A stretch of DNA of 51,526 nucleotides from Candidatus Woesearchaeota archaeon (GCA_964408125.1 CAYOYC010000001.1:1-51526); one strand, 5' to 3'. Shown: positions 17,455-27,726, numbered from the stretch's first letter. The notes: generated by a model not told the origin, from the sequence alone. Numbers and translations are program-made.

Positions 17455-18002
17455 TGAAAAAGGACATAGAAACAATTATTAAAATTCCATCTAGTATATC
17501 TTTTTCGGTAAACGATGCTGAAGTGACTATGAAGGGAAATGGAAAAGAAATTAAGAAAATTTTTCCACAAAGCCCAAAGATTGAGATGAAACAAAATGGG
17601 AATTCTTTTGTCTTGATTGCTAAGAAAACAACAAAGAGAGAATTGAAATTAATTAATTCACTAGCGGCTCATGTAAGGAATATGATAAGTGGAATAAATG
17701 AAGATTTTGTTTATAAATTAGAAGTTTGTAATGTTCATTTCCCGATGGTTGTAAAATCAGAAGGAGATCTAATAAAAATTAAAAACTTTTTGGGAGAAAA
17801 AATCGATAGAAAAGCTAAAATCTTGCCGAATGTAAAGGTTAATATTAAGGGTAATATTATTGAAGTTAGCTCTCCAGATATTGAGGCTGCTGGCCAAACT
17901 GCTGCAAGAATAGAAATAGCTACTAAAATTAGAAATAAAGATAGGAGAGTTTTTCAAGACGGTATATTTATAACTGAGAAACCAGGGAGAAGAGTAGAAT
18001 GA
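17454..18002 (+). CDS. rpl6: 50S ribosomal protein L6 (uL6)
   Basis: Synteny; LAAHVRNMISGINEDFVYKLEV, RVFQDGIFI. Confidence 0.9.
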   Translation: MKKDIETIIKIPSSISFSVNDAEVTMKGNGKEIKKIFPQSPKIEMKQNGNSFVLIAKKTTKRELKLINSLAAHVRNMISGINEDFVYKLEVCNVHFPMVVKSEGDLIKIKNFLGEKIDRKAKILPNVKVNIKGNIIEVSSPDIEAAGQTAARIEIATKIRNKDRRVFQDGIFITEKPGRRVE

Positions 18003-18367
18003 TAAGAAAAAAACCTGCATTTTTGAGACAGCATTGGGATAGATATTTGAGACTTGGAAAGAAGGTAAAGAAACATAGACACTGGAGACACCCAACTGGT
18101 GGAGATAGTAAGATGAGACTAAAGGAAAGAGGAAAACCAGATAGGCCAACTATCGGATGGGGAGCAGACAAAAAAGATTTTGGGAAAGTAAAGGGATTCG
18201 TACCTATAAGGGTTGAAAATTTAACAGAACTAGGAAGGGTAAAAAACAATGAGGCAATTATAGTTGCTAGGGTTGGGAGAAAAAACAGAATGGCAATTAT
18301 TGCAAAAGCAAACGAAAGAGGAATAAAAATACTAAACAGATATATGGAGAAAAAAAATGCAGCTTAA
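17999..18367 (+). CDS. rpl32e: 50S ribosomal protein L32e (eL32)
   Basis: FLRQHWDRYLRLGKKVKKHRHWRHPTGGDSKMR. Confidence 0.9.
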   Translation: MIRKKPAFLRQHWDRYLRLGKKVKKHRHWRHPTGGDSKMRLKERGKPDRPTIGWGADKKDFGKVKGFVPIRVENLTELGRVKNNEAIIVARVGRKNRMAIIAKANERGIKILNRYMEKKNAA

Positions 18368-18758
18368 TAAAAAAAAGGCTTTAGCGGCAAAAACACTTAA
18401 TGTTGGAAAAGATAGAATTGTCTTTATGAATGGATCGCTTGCTGAAATAAAAGAAGCAATCACAAGAAAAGATATATTGGATTTATTTAATGCTGGGGCT
18501 ATTCAAATTAGAGAAATACATGGAAGAAAAGCAATAAAGAAAAGAAAACATAGAAGAGGAGTGGGAAAAATAGAACAAAGAGTTCCAAAGAAAAAACAAG
18601 TGTATGTGAAAATAACTAGAAAATTGAGAAGTACGGTAAGAGGACTTCTTGCGATGAAAAAGATAAACAGAGATCAGTATATTAATATTAGAAAAATGAT
18701 TAGAGCAAGTAAATTTAAAAGCAGGAGACATTTGCTTGATAGTCTTAAAGAAATATGA
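18357..18758 (+). CDS. rpl19e: 50S ribosomal protein L19e (eL19)
   Basis: KKALAAKTLNVGKDRIVF..., HGRKAIKKRKHRRGVGK. Confidence 0.9.
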   Translation: MQLNKKKALAAKTLNVGKDRIVFMNGSLAEIKEAITRKDILDLFNAGAIQIREIHGRKAIKKRKHRRGVGKIEQRVPKKKQVYVKITRKLRSTVRGLLAMKKINRDQYINIRKMIRASKFKSRRHLLDSLKEI

Positions 18759-19324
18759 GCTTAAGAACAATAAAAAGAAGAAGAAAGGAATGCAAGACTG
18801 ATTATGGTCTTAGATTCGGCCTATTGAAATCTAGCTTGCCAAGAATAGTTATTAGAAGAACAAATAAATATTTCATAATTCATATAGTTGAATCTCACGA
18901 AGCACAAGATAAGACTATATTTGGAGCAACATCAAAAGATTTACTTAGTTATGGATGGGACGAAAAAACTGCTGGAAGTTTAAAGTCCATATCTGCCGGA
19001 TATCTAACTGGCTTCATGGTTGCTAAAAAAGTAAAGAAAGGGGATTTTATTATTGATTTAGGAATGGCTATTAATCATAAGGGCGGAAGAATGTTTTCAG
19101 TTATCGCTGGATTGATAGACGGTGGATTGGGAATTAGGGCTAATACTAAAGTTTTACCACCAAAAGAAAGGTTAATGGGAGAACATCTAAAATCGGATGT
19201 AAAAGATATGGTTGTAAAAGTAAAGGCAAAATTAGAATCTGTTTCTGGATCAGAAAAGAAAACAGAAGTTAAGTCTGAAAAAAAGAAACCAGTTAAGAAA
19301 ACTAAAAAGGGGACTAAAGAATAA
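18755..19324 (+). CDS. rpl18: 50S ribosomal protein L18 (uL18) with Lys-rich C-terminal tail
   Basis: RRRKECKTDYGLR, PRIVIRRTNKYFIIHIV; synteny. Confidence 0.9.
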   Translation: MSLRTIKRRRKECKTDYGLRFGLLKSSLPRIVIRRTNKYFIIHIVESHEAQDKTIFGATSKDLLSYGWDEKTAGSLKSISAGYLTGFMVAKKVKKGDFIIDLGMAINHKGGRMFSVIAGLIDGGLGIRANTKVLPPKERLMGEHLKSDVKDMVVKVKAKLESVSGSEKKTEVKSEKKKPVKKTKKGTKE

Positions 19325-20169
19325 TGGTAGCACAAGACAAGGCAGAATCTACACAGGATGAAAAGAAGGTTAGCGAAGAAATGATTAAAATGGTAGAGGA
19401 AAAAGAGACAAAGAAGGATCAAGCTGAAAAATCAAGAATAATCGAAGAATTAGAAAAAGCAGAAAAGGCTGGCAAAAAAATAACAGAAGATGCTATGGTA
19501 GAAGAAGTTATAAGAACAAAAGAACAAGTTCAACTTGATAAATGGCTTCCAAAAACAGAGTTGGGTAAATTAGTTAGGAATGGAAAAATTAAGAATATCG
19601 ATGAAATATTGGATCATGGTAAAAAGATATTAGAACCAGAAATTGTAGATAGCCTATTGGTTTTACAGACAGAATTACTTAATACTGGGCAAGCAAAGGG
19701 TAAGTTTGGTGGTGGAAAAAGAAGAACATGGCGACAAACTCAAAAGAAAACAGAAGATAAAAATGTTATAACATTTTCCGTAATGGCTGTTGTTGGTGAC
19801 GGTAATGGGCACATGGGAATTGGAATAGGAAGAGCTGCTGAAACACTTCCAGCAAAAGAAAAAGCAATAAGACAAGCTAAATTGAATATTAGAAAAATTA
19901 GCAGAGGATGCGCTAGTTATGACTGCTCTTGTGATGAACCACATAGTATTCCGTTTGCAACTTCTGGTAAATGTTCGTCTGTTTTACTAAAATTTGTGCC
20001 TGCCCCACAAGGAACTGGATTGGTAGTTGGTGATGAGGTTAAAAAAATGATGAGATTAGCTGGAATAAAAGATTTATATGGAAAATCATTTGGGCAAACA
20101 AGTACAACTATAAACGTTGCAAAGGCTTGTATGCAAGCATTAATTAAACTAGGAAACTTGAAAAAATAA
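19324..20169 (+). CDS. rps5: 30S ribosomal protein S5 (uS5) with a K/E-rich N-terminal extension of about 70 aa
   Basis: Core WLPKTELGKLV..., FSVMAVVGDGNGHMGIGIGRAAE, GTGLVVGDEVKKMMRLAGIKD. Confidence 0.9.
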   Translation: MVAQDKAESTQDEKKVSEEMIKMVEEKETKKDQAEKSRIIEELEKAEKAGKKITEDAMVEEVIRTKEQVQLDKWLPKTELGKLVRNGKIKNIDEILDHGKKILEPEIVDSLLVLQTELLNTGQAKGKFGGGKRRTWRQTQKKTEDKNVITFSVMAVVGDGNGHMGIGIGRAAETLPAKEKAIRQAKLNIRKISRGCASYDCSCDEPHSIPFATSGKCSSVLLKFVPAPQGTGLVVGDEVKKMMRLAGIKDLYGKSFGQTSTTINVAKACMQALIKLGNLKK

Positions 20170-20531
20170 TGGTATATGCAGTATTAAGAATATCTGGTGC
20201 AGTTAAAATTAGTTGGCACCTTAGAGAAACACTGGACAGGCTTAGACTTGGGAGAAAATTAACTTTAGCATTTGTAGAAGAAAAAGACGGTGTTAGAATG
20301 GGAATGATTCATGATGCTATCTCTTGCGTTGCTTATGGTCCTATTGATAAAAAATTAATGGATGAGATAATCGAAAAAAGAGGACAAAAAGATTTGAAAG
20401 GAAACTATAGAGGATTTTGCAGAATGCATCCGCCAATTGGAGGATTTAAAAAATCTACTAAGATAAACGCTCCGAAAGGAATACTTGGAAAAAATATGGA
20501 AATATCTAAATTATTGGCGAGGATGATATGA
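20169..20531 (+). CDS. rpl30: 50S ribosomal protein L30 (uL30)
   Basis: YAVLRISGAVKISWHLRETLDRLRLGR; synteny. Confidence 0.88.
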   Translation: MVYAVLRISGAVKISWHLRETLDRLRLGRKLTLAFVEEKDGVRMGMIHDAISCVAYGPIDKKLMDEIIEKRGQKDLKGNYRGFCRMHPPIGGFKKSTKINAPKGILGKNMEISKLLARMI

Positions 20532-21034
20532 AATTAAACAAAAGAAGTAAAAGAACAAGATTAAGGGGAAGCAGAACTGCTGGAAGCGGATTTAGAAAGA
20601 AAAATAAAGGCGGTGTAGGAAATAGAGGCGGACAGGGATGGGCTGGAACTGGAAAAAGAGGAAGCCAGAAACAACAGAAAGCTTTGATGTACGCTCATTC
20701 ATTAGGTTTTGAAAAATATTTTGGTAAACGTGGACTTACTTCTGCTCCGACACAGATAAAGAAAACAGAACAAATTAATCTTGATGATGTAATGGCTAAT
20801 TATTTTGTTAAAGAAGGGCAAAAAATTGAATTGAAAAAACATAAAATCTTAGGAGATGGTGAAGGATTTAAAGCTGAAATTTATGCAATGGCCGCAACAC
20901 AATCTGCAATTGATAAAATGGATAAAGCTGGCGGAAAAATTATTTTACCAGTTGTGAAGGAACATAAAAGGCCTGCTAATGCTGTGAAACCAGTAAAAGA
21001 GAAAGAAGAAGTTAAAAAGGTAAAAAAGAAATAA
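20528..21034 (+). CDS. rpl15: 50S ribosomal protein L15 (uL15)
   Basis: RLRGSRTAGSGFRKKNKGGVGNRGGQGWAG; synteny. Confidence 0.9.
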   Translation: MKLNKRSKRTRLRGSRTAGSGFRKKNKGGVGNRGGQGWAGTGKRGSQKQQKALMYAHSLGFEKYFGKRGLTSAPTQIKKTEQINLDDVMANYFVKEGQKIELKKHKILGDGEGFKAEIYAMAATQSAIDKMDKAGGKIILPVVKEHKRPANAVKPVKEKEEVKKVKKK

Positions 21035-21072
21035 TTCTGAAACTCATCTCGTCGATATATCTATGATAAAGG

Positions 21073-21080
21073 TTTATAAA
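21073..21080 (+). promoter_or_regulatory. TATA box (aaggTTTATAAAcc) centred 26 nt upstream of the secY ATG
   Basis: Spacing implies transcription starts at or next to the ATG (leaderless secY mRNA). No SD is present. Confidence 0.5.
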
Positions 21081-21101
21081 CCAAATTTATCTTCATAATT
21101 T

Positions 21102-22466
21102 ATGGCTTTCAGTGATATGCTTCACAATTTACCTGAAGTTAAAAATCCAGCGGAGAAAAAACTTTCATTTAATGTTAAATTAAAGTGGACTTTGATAATT
21201 TTATCTGCATTCTTTATTCTTGCAAATATTCCTCTTTATGGACTTGCGTCTTCCGCGTTATCTAGATTTGAATATTTAGCTATTTTATTGGGAACTGACT
21301 TTGGTTCTATTATTTCTTTGGGTATTGGCCCTATCGTTTTAGCTTCTCTGATTTTACAATTGCTTGTTGGTGCACAGATAATTCAGATGAATACAAAAAC
21401 ACCTGAGGGGAAAAAACAATTTCAAGCAATGCAAAAACTATTGACAATACTATTCATTTTATTTGAGGCAATTGTTTACGTGATGATGAGGGGACTTGAG
21501 GCCTTGCCCGGATTTGAATTTTTGGTAATATTTCAACTTGTACTTGGCGGATTGTTAATATTATTTATGGACGATGTGGTTCAGAAGTGGGGATTTGGAT
21601 CTGGTATATCTTTGTTTATTGCGGCTGGAATTGGGTGGAGATTGTTCTCGCAATTATTCCAATTTATTAATCCGAGTGGTGCAATCGAAGCATCTGGAAA
21701 AGTTTTAGTTTTATTTACATCAATTATGAATGGAGATACTACTGGTTTCGCATTAGCATTCTTTGCAATTCTGGTAACTGCTGCTCTTTTTGTTCTTGTT
21801 GTTTGGGCTCAGTCTCTAAAGGCAGAAATACCTTTATCATTTGATAGAGTAAGGGGCTATGGAATAAGATGGCCATTACAATTCTTTTATACTGGAGTTT
21901 TACCTGTTATTTTAGTATCTGCACTTTCTGCAAATCTACAATTGGTTGCTTCACTTTTTCAAAATTGGCTTGGACACGCTACATGGCTTGGTGGATTTTC
22001 GGGAGGAACTCCTATTTCTGGTTTTGCATATTGGATACACTCGACACCCATATTACAAGAAATAATTACTGGAAGTTTTAGGTGGATTTATGCGGCTCAG
22101 GCTGCTGGGCATGTGTTATTTTATGTACTATTCTCTATGTTGTTTGCTTATTTCTGGATGAAGACATCTGGACAAGATTCTGCAAATCAGGCAAAGAATA
22201 TTATGGGCTCTGGGTTAAGTATGCCTGGATTTAGAAAAGACCCAAGAGTTATAGAAGCGATATTACAAAGATATATTTTACCACTGACAATAATGGGCGG
22301 TGCGGCAATAGGTTTACTTGCATCTCTTGCAGATTTACTTGGTGCAATGGTTGGTGGAACTGCAATATTATTAGCTGTCATGATCTTATATCAACTTTAC
22401 CAAAACATAGCACAGCAACATGCTGTTGATATGAATCCTGCGTTTAGGGGATTGTTTGGTGGATAA
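21102..22466 (+). CDS. secY: preprotein translocase subunit SecY
   Basis: 10-TM protein; GIGPIVLASLILQLL, GSGISLFIAAGI, GMPGFRKDPR; follows L15. Confidence 0.93.
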   Translation: MAFSDMLHNLPEVKNPAEKKLSFNVKLKWTLIILSAFFILANIPLYGLASSALSRFEYLAILLGTDFGSIISLGIGPIVLASLILQLLVGAQIIQMNTKTPEGKKQFQAMQKLLTILFILFEAIVYVMMRGLEALPGFEFLVIFQLVLGGLLILFMDDVVQKWGFGSGISLFIAAGIGWRLFSQLFQFINPSGAIEASGKVLVLFTSIMNGDTTGFALAFFAILVTAALFVLVVWAQSLKAEIPLSFDRVRGYGIRWPLQFFYTGVLPVILVSALSANLQLVASLFQNWLGHATWLGGFSGGTPISGFAYWIHSTPILQEIITGSFRWIYAAQAAGHVLFYVLFSMLFAYFWMKTSGQDSANQAKNIMGSGLSMPGFRKDPRVIEAILQRYILPLTIMGGAAIGLLASLADLLGAMVGGTAILLAVMILYQLYQNIAQQHAVDMNPAFRGLFGG

Positions 22467-22522
22467 ATGAAAAATAAAAGCAATATCTGTGGGGCGTATT
22501 CCCTCCGGGAAAAGGTGATAAA

Positions 22523-23044
22523 ATGAAGTTTATGAAAATAATGCTTATAGTTTATGCAATAGGTATAGCTGTGACCTTTTTGTGGAATCAACTTCCTATA
22601 ATAAAAAACTCTGTTCATTTTGTTTTAGATCCAACTCTTGGTGGTTTACTTAGTTGGAATCTGAATGTTGGGTTTATTCTTATTATGATTCTTTTTTCCT
22701 TAATTACTACGCTGGGGCAGAAATATTTTAGTGATCAAGATGCATTAAAAATACTAAAAGAAGAACAAAAATTAATTCAGCAGGAAATGAAATTATATAG
22801 ACAGGATCCTAAAAAAACTGCGGAACTTACTTCAAAATCATTTGAATTAACAATGAAAACTATGCCCATAACTATGAGACCTACTCTGTATACGATGTTG
22901 CCATTTTTACTAACGTTTAAGTGGTTTTATGATTACTTTGCACTGAATCCTGTTAAAATACTTGGTATGCATTGGCTTTTGGCATATTTCGTTGTTTTAA
23001 TGGTATCTGCGCCTTTACTTAAAAAAGTATTAAAGGTTCATTAG
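22523..23044 (+). CDS. DUF106 / EMC3-TMCO1-like membrane protein (archaeal YidC/Oxa1-like insertase candidate)
   Basis: A TM, a coiled-coil segment (LKEEQKLIQQEMKLYRQDPKK) and more TMs, in the conserved position after secY. AGGTGAT SD lies 5 nt upstream. Confidence 0.7.
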   Translation: MKFMKIMLIVYAIGIAVTFLWNQLPIIKNSVHFVLDPTLGGLLSWNLNVGFILIMILFSLITTLGQKYFSDQDALKILKEEQKLIQQEMKLYRQDPKKTAELTSKSFELTMKTMPITMRPTLYTMLPFLLTFKWFYDYFALNPVKILGMHWLLAYFVVLMVSAPLLKKVLKVH

Positions 23045-23087
23045 TTTCTCGGTTAAAGAAAGTTACTGGATTTTGGAGAAAATGGTT

Positions 23088-23930
23088 TTAAGATTTACTT
23101 AATCTTTTTTTAGTCTTCTTTGCTTTTTTTACAAATTCGTCATATTTCAGAATTCCGAGTTCGGAAACAACTCCTGTTAAAAAAGCTTTTTTTGTAAAAT
23201 CAAATGCCGGATTGACAACTTTTATATTTTTATTTCTTTCATCCCACACTTCTCTTCCCGATCTTTGTTCTATTTTTACACTTTTTGTATATTTCAAAGA
23301 TACTCCACAAGAATATGATGGAATGCTATGTTCTTTAGCTAGATTGCAAAGCATAGATGTTCCTATTTTGTTAATAACTCCGCCATTCATAAAGGCATCT
23401 GAGCCGAATAAAAATACATCACATGACTTAATTGCTTGTTCTGCGGCCAAATCTGGAAATATAACTACCTTTATTCCACATTTTGCTAATTCTTCTGCCG
23501 TCTTTTTGCCTTGCATTAATGGTTCAACTTCTAAAGTATATACGACAAAATTCTTCTTTTCCACTTTTTTTGCATATTTTAAAATTTCAATTACGGTTGA
23601 GGAGTGGCAATGAGAAAAAACATTCATGTTTTCCTTTATAAGATAGGTCCCGAAGTACGCTATTTTCTTTTTTGATTTTTCTATATAATCTGTTAATTTT
23701 TTTGCTGTTTGTATTTTGTTTCTCGATCTTTTTATTATCTCAATAGAATTTTGTAATAATGGTTCTGTTGGTCTTGCAGAAATAATTTTCTTTATTGATT
23801 CTTTGTCTGATCTCATTATTGCAGCCCTAATCCCGTTTATGGCTATATTGTTCGCACCTTGGATCTTTATGTCTTTGATATCTTGAATTATTTCGTTAAA
23901 TTTAGCAAGCTCTCTTTCCTCTTTTTTCAT
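23088..23930 (-). CDS. eIF-2B alpha/beta/delta family protein, candidate ribose-1,5-bisphosphate isomerase
   Basis: IQGANNIAINGIRA..., VFSHCHSSTV, GSDAFMNGGVINKIGT fit the IF-2B fold family. Confidence 0.65.
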   Translation of the reverse strand: MKKEERELAKFNEIIQDIKDIKIQGANNIAINGIRAAIMRSDKESIKKIISARPTEPLLQNSIEIIKRSRNKIQTAKKLTDYIEKSKKKIAYFGTYLIKENMNVFSHCHSSTVIEILKYAKKVEKKNFVVYTLEVEPLMQGKKTAEELAKCGIKVVIFPDLAAEQAIKSCDVFLFGSDAFMNGGVINKIGTSMLCNLAKEHSIPSYSCGVSLKYTKSVKIEQRSGREVWDERNKNIKVVNPAFDFTKKAFLTGVVSELGILKYDEFVKKAKKTKKRLSKS

Positions 23931-23950
23931 ATTCGTTTAAAGATTTGTTA

Positions 23951-23980
23951 TTATAAAAAGGTTTCCCCAAGATTTATAAG
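23951..23980. promoter_or_regulatory. back-to-back divergent TATA boxes (ttataaaaag for the minus gene, gatttataag for the plus gene)
   Basis: Each box centre lies about 26 nt from its ATG (23930 on minus, 24002 on plus). Confidence 0.45.
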
Positions 23981-24001
23981 TTTGGGTTATTGTGTAGTAC
24001 T

Positions 24002-24868
24002 ATGCTAGAGATGATTATTAAGCCAAAAAGAGCTGAAAGAAGACCGTGGGAAATGTTCTTTATAGGATTGATTTATTCCTCAATTGCTCTTCTGGTTGTA
24101 AGTTTTGTTTTTTCTTGGGACAGTGTGCTTAGTAAATACAGCGGAATTCTTTTAGTCTTACTAACCGTCTTGGCATGTTTGCCGTTCATGTATTATATAA
24201 TAAAACTAGAGGAGGGAAAAGATTTAGAAATTAATGATCAGGGGCAGCTTGTTAAGGAGCATTGGAAGGCGCTAAAGGCCTTAATGTGGCTATTCCTGGG
24301 CTTCGTAATTGGATTTTCTTTTTGGTATATTGTTTTGCCAGCACAGACGGCTACTAGTTTTAACGCACAAATAGAAATCTTTTGTTCAATTAACAGTCCT
24401 AATAACTATGTAAATTGCTTAGAGCAAAATGGTATTTCTGCCATAACTGGGGGCGCAACGTCTAATGCTGAATTTACACTGGGGATATTTTCTAATAATG
24501 TTCGTGTTTTAATTGTAACGTTATTTTTCTCATTAATATTCGGGGCTGGTGCTATTTTTATTTTAGTCTGGAACGCTTCTGTTATCGCTACTGCCATTGG
24601 TATGTTCGCAAAGGGTACATTAGCTGGTTTACCATGCGGATTATTCAGATATTTAATACACGGGCTTCCTGAAATTGCTGCATATTTCGTAGCTGCTTTA
24701 GCTGGTGGAATTATTTCTGTTGCAATAATAAGAAAAGATTTAGATGGACTCAGAAAATGGAGTATTTTACAAGATGCAATTGTTTTGGTTATTATTGCTT
24801 TACTTATATTGCTGGTGTCTGCTGTTGTCGAGGTATATTTAACGCCTCAGTTGATAAAAATATGCTAA
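24002..24868 (+). CDS. SpoIIM/DUF95-like integral membrane protein
   Basis: Multi-TM with the IHGLPEIAAYFVAALAGG motif. ATG at 24002 chosen by promoter spacing over TTG at 23990. Confidence 0.6.
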   Translation: MLEMIIKPKRAERRPWEMFFIGLIYSSIALLVVSFVFSWDSVLSKYSGILLVLLTVLACLPFMYYIIKLEEGKDLEINDQGQLVKEHWKALKALMWLFLGFVIGFSFWYIVLPAQTATSFNAQIEIFCSINSPNNYVNCLEQNGISAITGGATSNAEFTLGIFSNNVRVLIVTLFFSLIFGAGAIFILVWNASVIATAIGMFAKGTLAGLPCGLFRYLIHGLPEIAAYFVAALAGGIISVAIIRKDLDGLRKWSILQDAIVLVIIALLILLVSAVVEVYLTPQLIKIC

Positions 24869-24925
24869 TAACTACATATACTTCACTATAAAAAATCTTT
24901 TAAATGGTGATATTCTCTAGTATTG

Positions 24926-25060
24926 ATGGCAGCATACACATGTCGATTTTGTGGATACAGAATACAGAAGGATAATAAACCTGATAAGTGCAATTATTGT
25001 GGCAAGGAAGGCGGAATGTCTGAAATTGAGAGCGCCGAAGGGCTTCTTGATGAACTATAA
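24926..25060 (+). CDS. 44-aa zinc-ribbon (rubredoxin-like) protein
   Basis: Not in the ORF track. MAAYTCRFCGYRIQKDNKPDKCNYCGKEGGMSEIESAEGLLDEL has two CxxC pairs. A TATA-like box is centred about 25 nt upstream. Confidence 0.55.
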   Translation: MAAYTCRFCGYRIQKDNKPDKCNYCGKEGGMSEIESAEGLLDEL

Positions 25061-25090
25061 ATTTAAAAGCCACATTCCTCTATAAAAAAC

Positions 25091-26098
25091 ATGAATCCGT
25101 TATTATTCATAGCAATTGTAATTAGTTTCGTAGTAACTTTCTTCGGTTTAATCAGTTGGATAAAGAAATGTAAAAAAATAGGTCTGCTTTGGGAAGATAT
25201 GAATAAATTCGGCAAGCCGAAAAACGTTGCTGGTTCTGGAGGGATAGTTGTTTTGATTGGATTCATACTTGGTGTTTTATTTTATATCGCTATTCAGACC
25301 TTTATACTTGGGCAGACAAATTCTATTACTATTAAGATATTCGCCTTACTATCTGTTGTGGCCATAGTTGGCATAACCGGATTAGTTGATGATTTCTTAG
25401 GATGGCATCATGGTGGTTTGTCTGTGGGCGTAAGGTTGGTTATGGCTTTAATGGCCTCTATACCTCTGATTGTTATTAATGCTGGTGATTCTTCCATCTC
25501 CCTTCCTTTCTTGGGAAATATCGATCTGGGTTTATTTTATCTAGTTGTACTAATTCCGGTTGGGATAGCAGCAACTACTACTCTCTATAATTTTTTAGCG
25601 GGTATAGATGGATTAGAAGCTGGGCAGGGAATTTTAGTTGTGGGTTTTTTAAGTTATGTTGCCTATGCGAATAATGCTGCTTGGCTTGCTATAATAGGGT
25701 TATGTATGGTCGCTTCTCTTTTGGCGTTTTGGTTTTTTAATAAAAATCCTGCTAGGGTTTTTCCAGGAGATGTACTAACATATGCTGTCGGTGGATTGAT
25801 TGGGACAATGGCTATATTAGGAAATTTTGAAAAAATTGCTTTTATTGTATTCATTCCTTATATAATAGAAATGGTTTTGAAACTTCGTGGTGGGATGAAT
25901 CCGCCGAGAAAACAATCTTTTGGAATACCTCAGAAAGATGGTAGTTTAAAGATGCCGTATGAGAAAGTTTATGGGTTGACACATTTTTCCATGTGGTTCT
26001 TGTTTAAGTTTAAAGAGAAAGTTTACAAGAATGATGTTGTTTATTTGATTTACATAATACAGATAATTTTTATATTGATCGGATTTGCGATGATGTGA
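25091..26098 (+). CDS. GT4-family polyprenyl-phosphate N-acetylhexosamine-1-phosphate transferase (AglH/WecA/MraY-like)
   Basis: GLVDDFLGW, NFLAGIDGLEAG, PARVFPGDV. About 10 TM segments. Confidence 0.85.
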   Translation: MNPLLFIAIVISFVVTFFGLISWIKKCKKIGLLWEDMNKFGKPKNVAGSGGIVVLIGFILGVLFYIAIQTFILGQTNSITIKIFALLSVVAIVGITGLVDDFLGWHHGGLSVGVRLVMALMASIPLIVINAGDSSISLPFLGNIDLGLFYLVVLIPVGIAATTTLYNFLAGIDGLEAGQGILVVGFLSYVAYANNAAWLAIIGLCMVASLLAFWFFNKNPARVFPGDVLTYAVGGLIGTMAILGNFEKIAFIVFIPYIIEMVLKLRGGMNPPRKQSFGIPQKDGSLKMPYEKVYGLTHFSMWFLFKFKEKVYKNDVVYLIYIIQIIFILIGFAMM

Positions 26099-26154
26099 GG
26101 AGTAAAAACCTGTCTTTAACAAGGTTTTTAAAAGCGATTTTCTCTAGTTAATTA

Positions 26155-27726
26155 ATGGTTAAGAGTGACTTGAATAAAATTTTAGATGAGGGAAAATCTA
26201 TTATAAAAAATAAAAAGTTTCAAATTGGATTGACTATTATTTTATTTTTAGCCATATTAATTAGTTCGACTAGTTTGAGAATGAGTAATTTGCCGAATTT
26301 GGTTGATTCAACTACTGGGTTATATACTTCAAATGATTTGGATTCGCTTTATTTTTATAGGATGGCTGAAACTCAACTTGAATTAGGATATTTGCCAGAG
26401 GTTGATGTAATGAGAGCTCCTGGATATAACTCTAGTTGGGTTCCTGAGATTATCGATAATGTTCTAATATGGAACTATAAAATATTAAATTTCTTTAATT
26501 CGGATATTAGTTTTAATTATGCTTCTACGATTTCTGCTCCTATAATTTTTGCAATATTATTGATTGCGTTTTTCTTTTTATGTCTTTTGTTAACTAAGTC
26601 AAAAACTGCTAGTTTAATTGCTTCTGCATTTTTAGCTTATTCACCTGCATTTTTATTTAGAAGTGTTGCTGGATTCTATGACCACGATCATTTAGGTGTT
26701 TTGGCTGTTATATTACTGGTTATTGCTTCTGTGTTTGCATTGAAAAGATTTGAAAAAACATGGAAAGAAAGCGTTTTATGGGGGGTTGTGATTGGATTTT
26801 TCACTTCGCTTGTTTTCGTTTCTTGGGGCGGTGCGATAACTTTTGTGTTTTTATTTTTACCGATGGCTTTGTTTTTCCATTATTTAACTGTAGATGATGA
26901 TAAAAAAATGAAGTTTATTATTTTTTATGCCTTATGGATTTTGACAATGATTATTTTTACTCCTATTATTGGTGGTTCTATGAGAAATATGATTGGAAGA
27001 GTAATGGACTCACAAGGTCTTGCGGTTCTATTTGTTTTTGGGTTTTCAATAGTAGATCTTTTATTTATTAAATTTAAGAAAAATTTAAAATTTATTAATG
27101 AAAAATATGAAAAATTATATTCTTTAGGAATTACAGCTGTTTTGGGATTGGTTGGTTTAATGGCTATTGGTAAACATCCTATAAAAATGCTTCAGAGTGT
27201 TTGGGCTTCTCTTATTTATCCTTTCTTTGGAGAGTTTGGAGGTAGACTGAGCTCTACTGTTGCTGAAAATGCACAACCCTACTTAGTTGATTTAATGAAT
27301 CAGACTGGGAAGATGGTGTTTTGGTTATTTTTGTTTGGACTCGTTTTTGTTGGTATAGGTTTTGCTAAAAATGTTAAAAGCTTGAAAAATAGAATTTATC
27401 TGAGCGTTAGTGCAGTTGTTGTTTTAATTGCGATATTATGTTCTAGAATATCTGGTTCGCATATATTAAATGGAGAAAATATGCTTAGTCAAGCTATTTA
27501 TCTTGTTGGCGCTTTGGGGTTTTTTGCTTGTTTACTTTATGTTTATAATAAAGAAAAATTTAGCATATCTGGAGAAAGTGTTTTATTATTTTCAATAGCT
27601 TTAGCTTCAGTGATAAATGCTCGTGCGGCAGTTAGAAGTTTCTTTTTAATTACACCATTTACTTGTTTGATTGCTGGTTATTTTATTGCACAAATAGTAG
27701 AAAAATTGGAGGTTAGAAATGAATAA
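26155..27726 (+). CDS. aglB: oligosaccharyltransferase AglB/STT3, N-terminal multi-TM part (split gene, part 1)
   Basis: EL1 motif SNDLDSLYFYRMAE, second acidic motif GFYDHDHLG, and an EL5 TIXE/SVSE-like STVAENAQP. It lacks the WWDYG domain. Confidence 0.75.
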   Translation: MVKSDLNKILDEGKSIIKNKKFQIGLTIILFLAILISSTSLRMSNLPNLVDSTTGLYTSNDLDSLYFYRMAETQLELGYLPEVDVMRAPGYNSSWVPEIIDNVLIWNYKILNFFNSDISFNYASTISAPIIFAILLIAFFFLCLLLTKSKTASLIASAFLAYSPAFLFRSVAGFYDHDHLGVLAVILLVIASVFALKRFEKTWKESVLWGVVIGFFTSLVFVSWGGAITFVFLFLPMALFFHYLTVDDDKKMKFIIFYALWILTMIIFTPIIGGSMRNMIGRVMDSQGLAVLFVFGFSIVDLLFIKFKKNLKFINEKYEKLYSLGITAVLGLVGLMAIGKHPIKMLQSVWASLIYPFFGEFGGRLSSTVAENAQPYLVDLMNQTGKMVFWLFLFGLVFVGIGFAKNVKSLKNRIYLSVSAVVVLIAILCSRISGSHILNGENMLSQAIYLVGALGFFACLLYVYNKEKFSISGESVLLFSIALASVINARAAVRSFFLITPFTCLIAGYFIAQIVEKLEVRNE

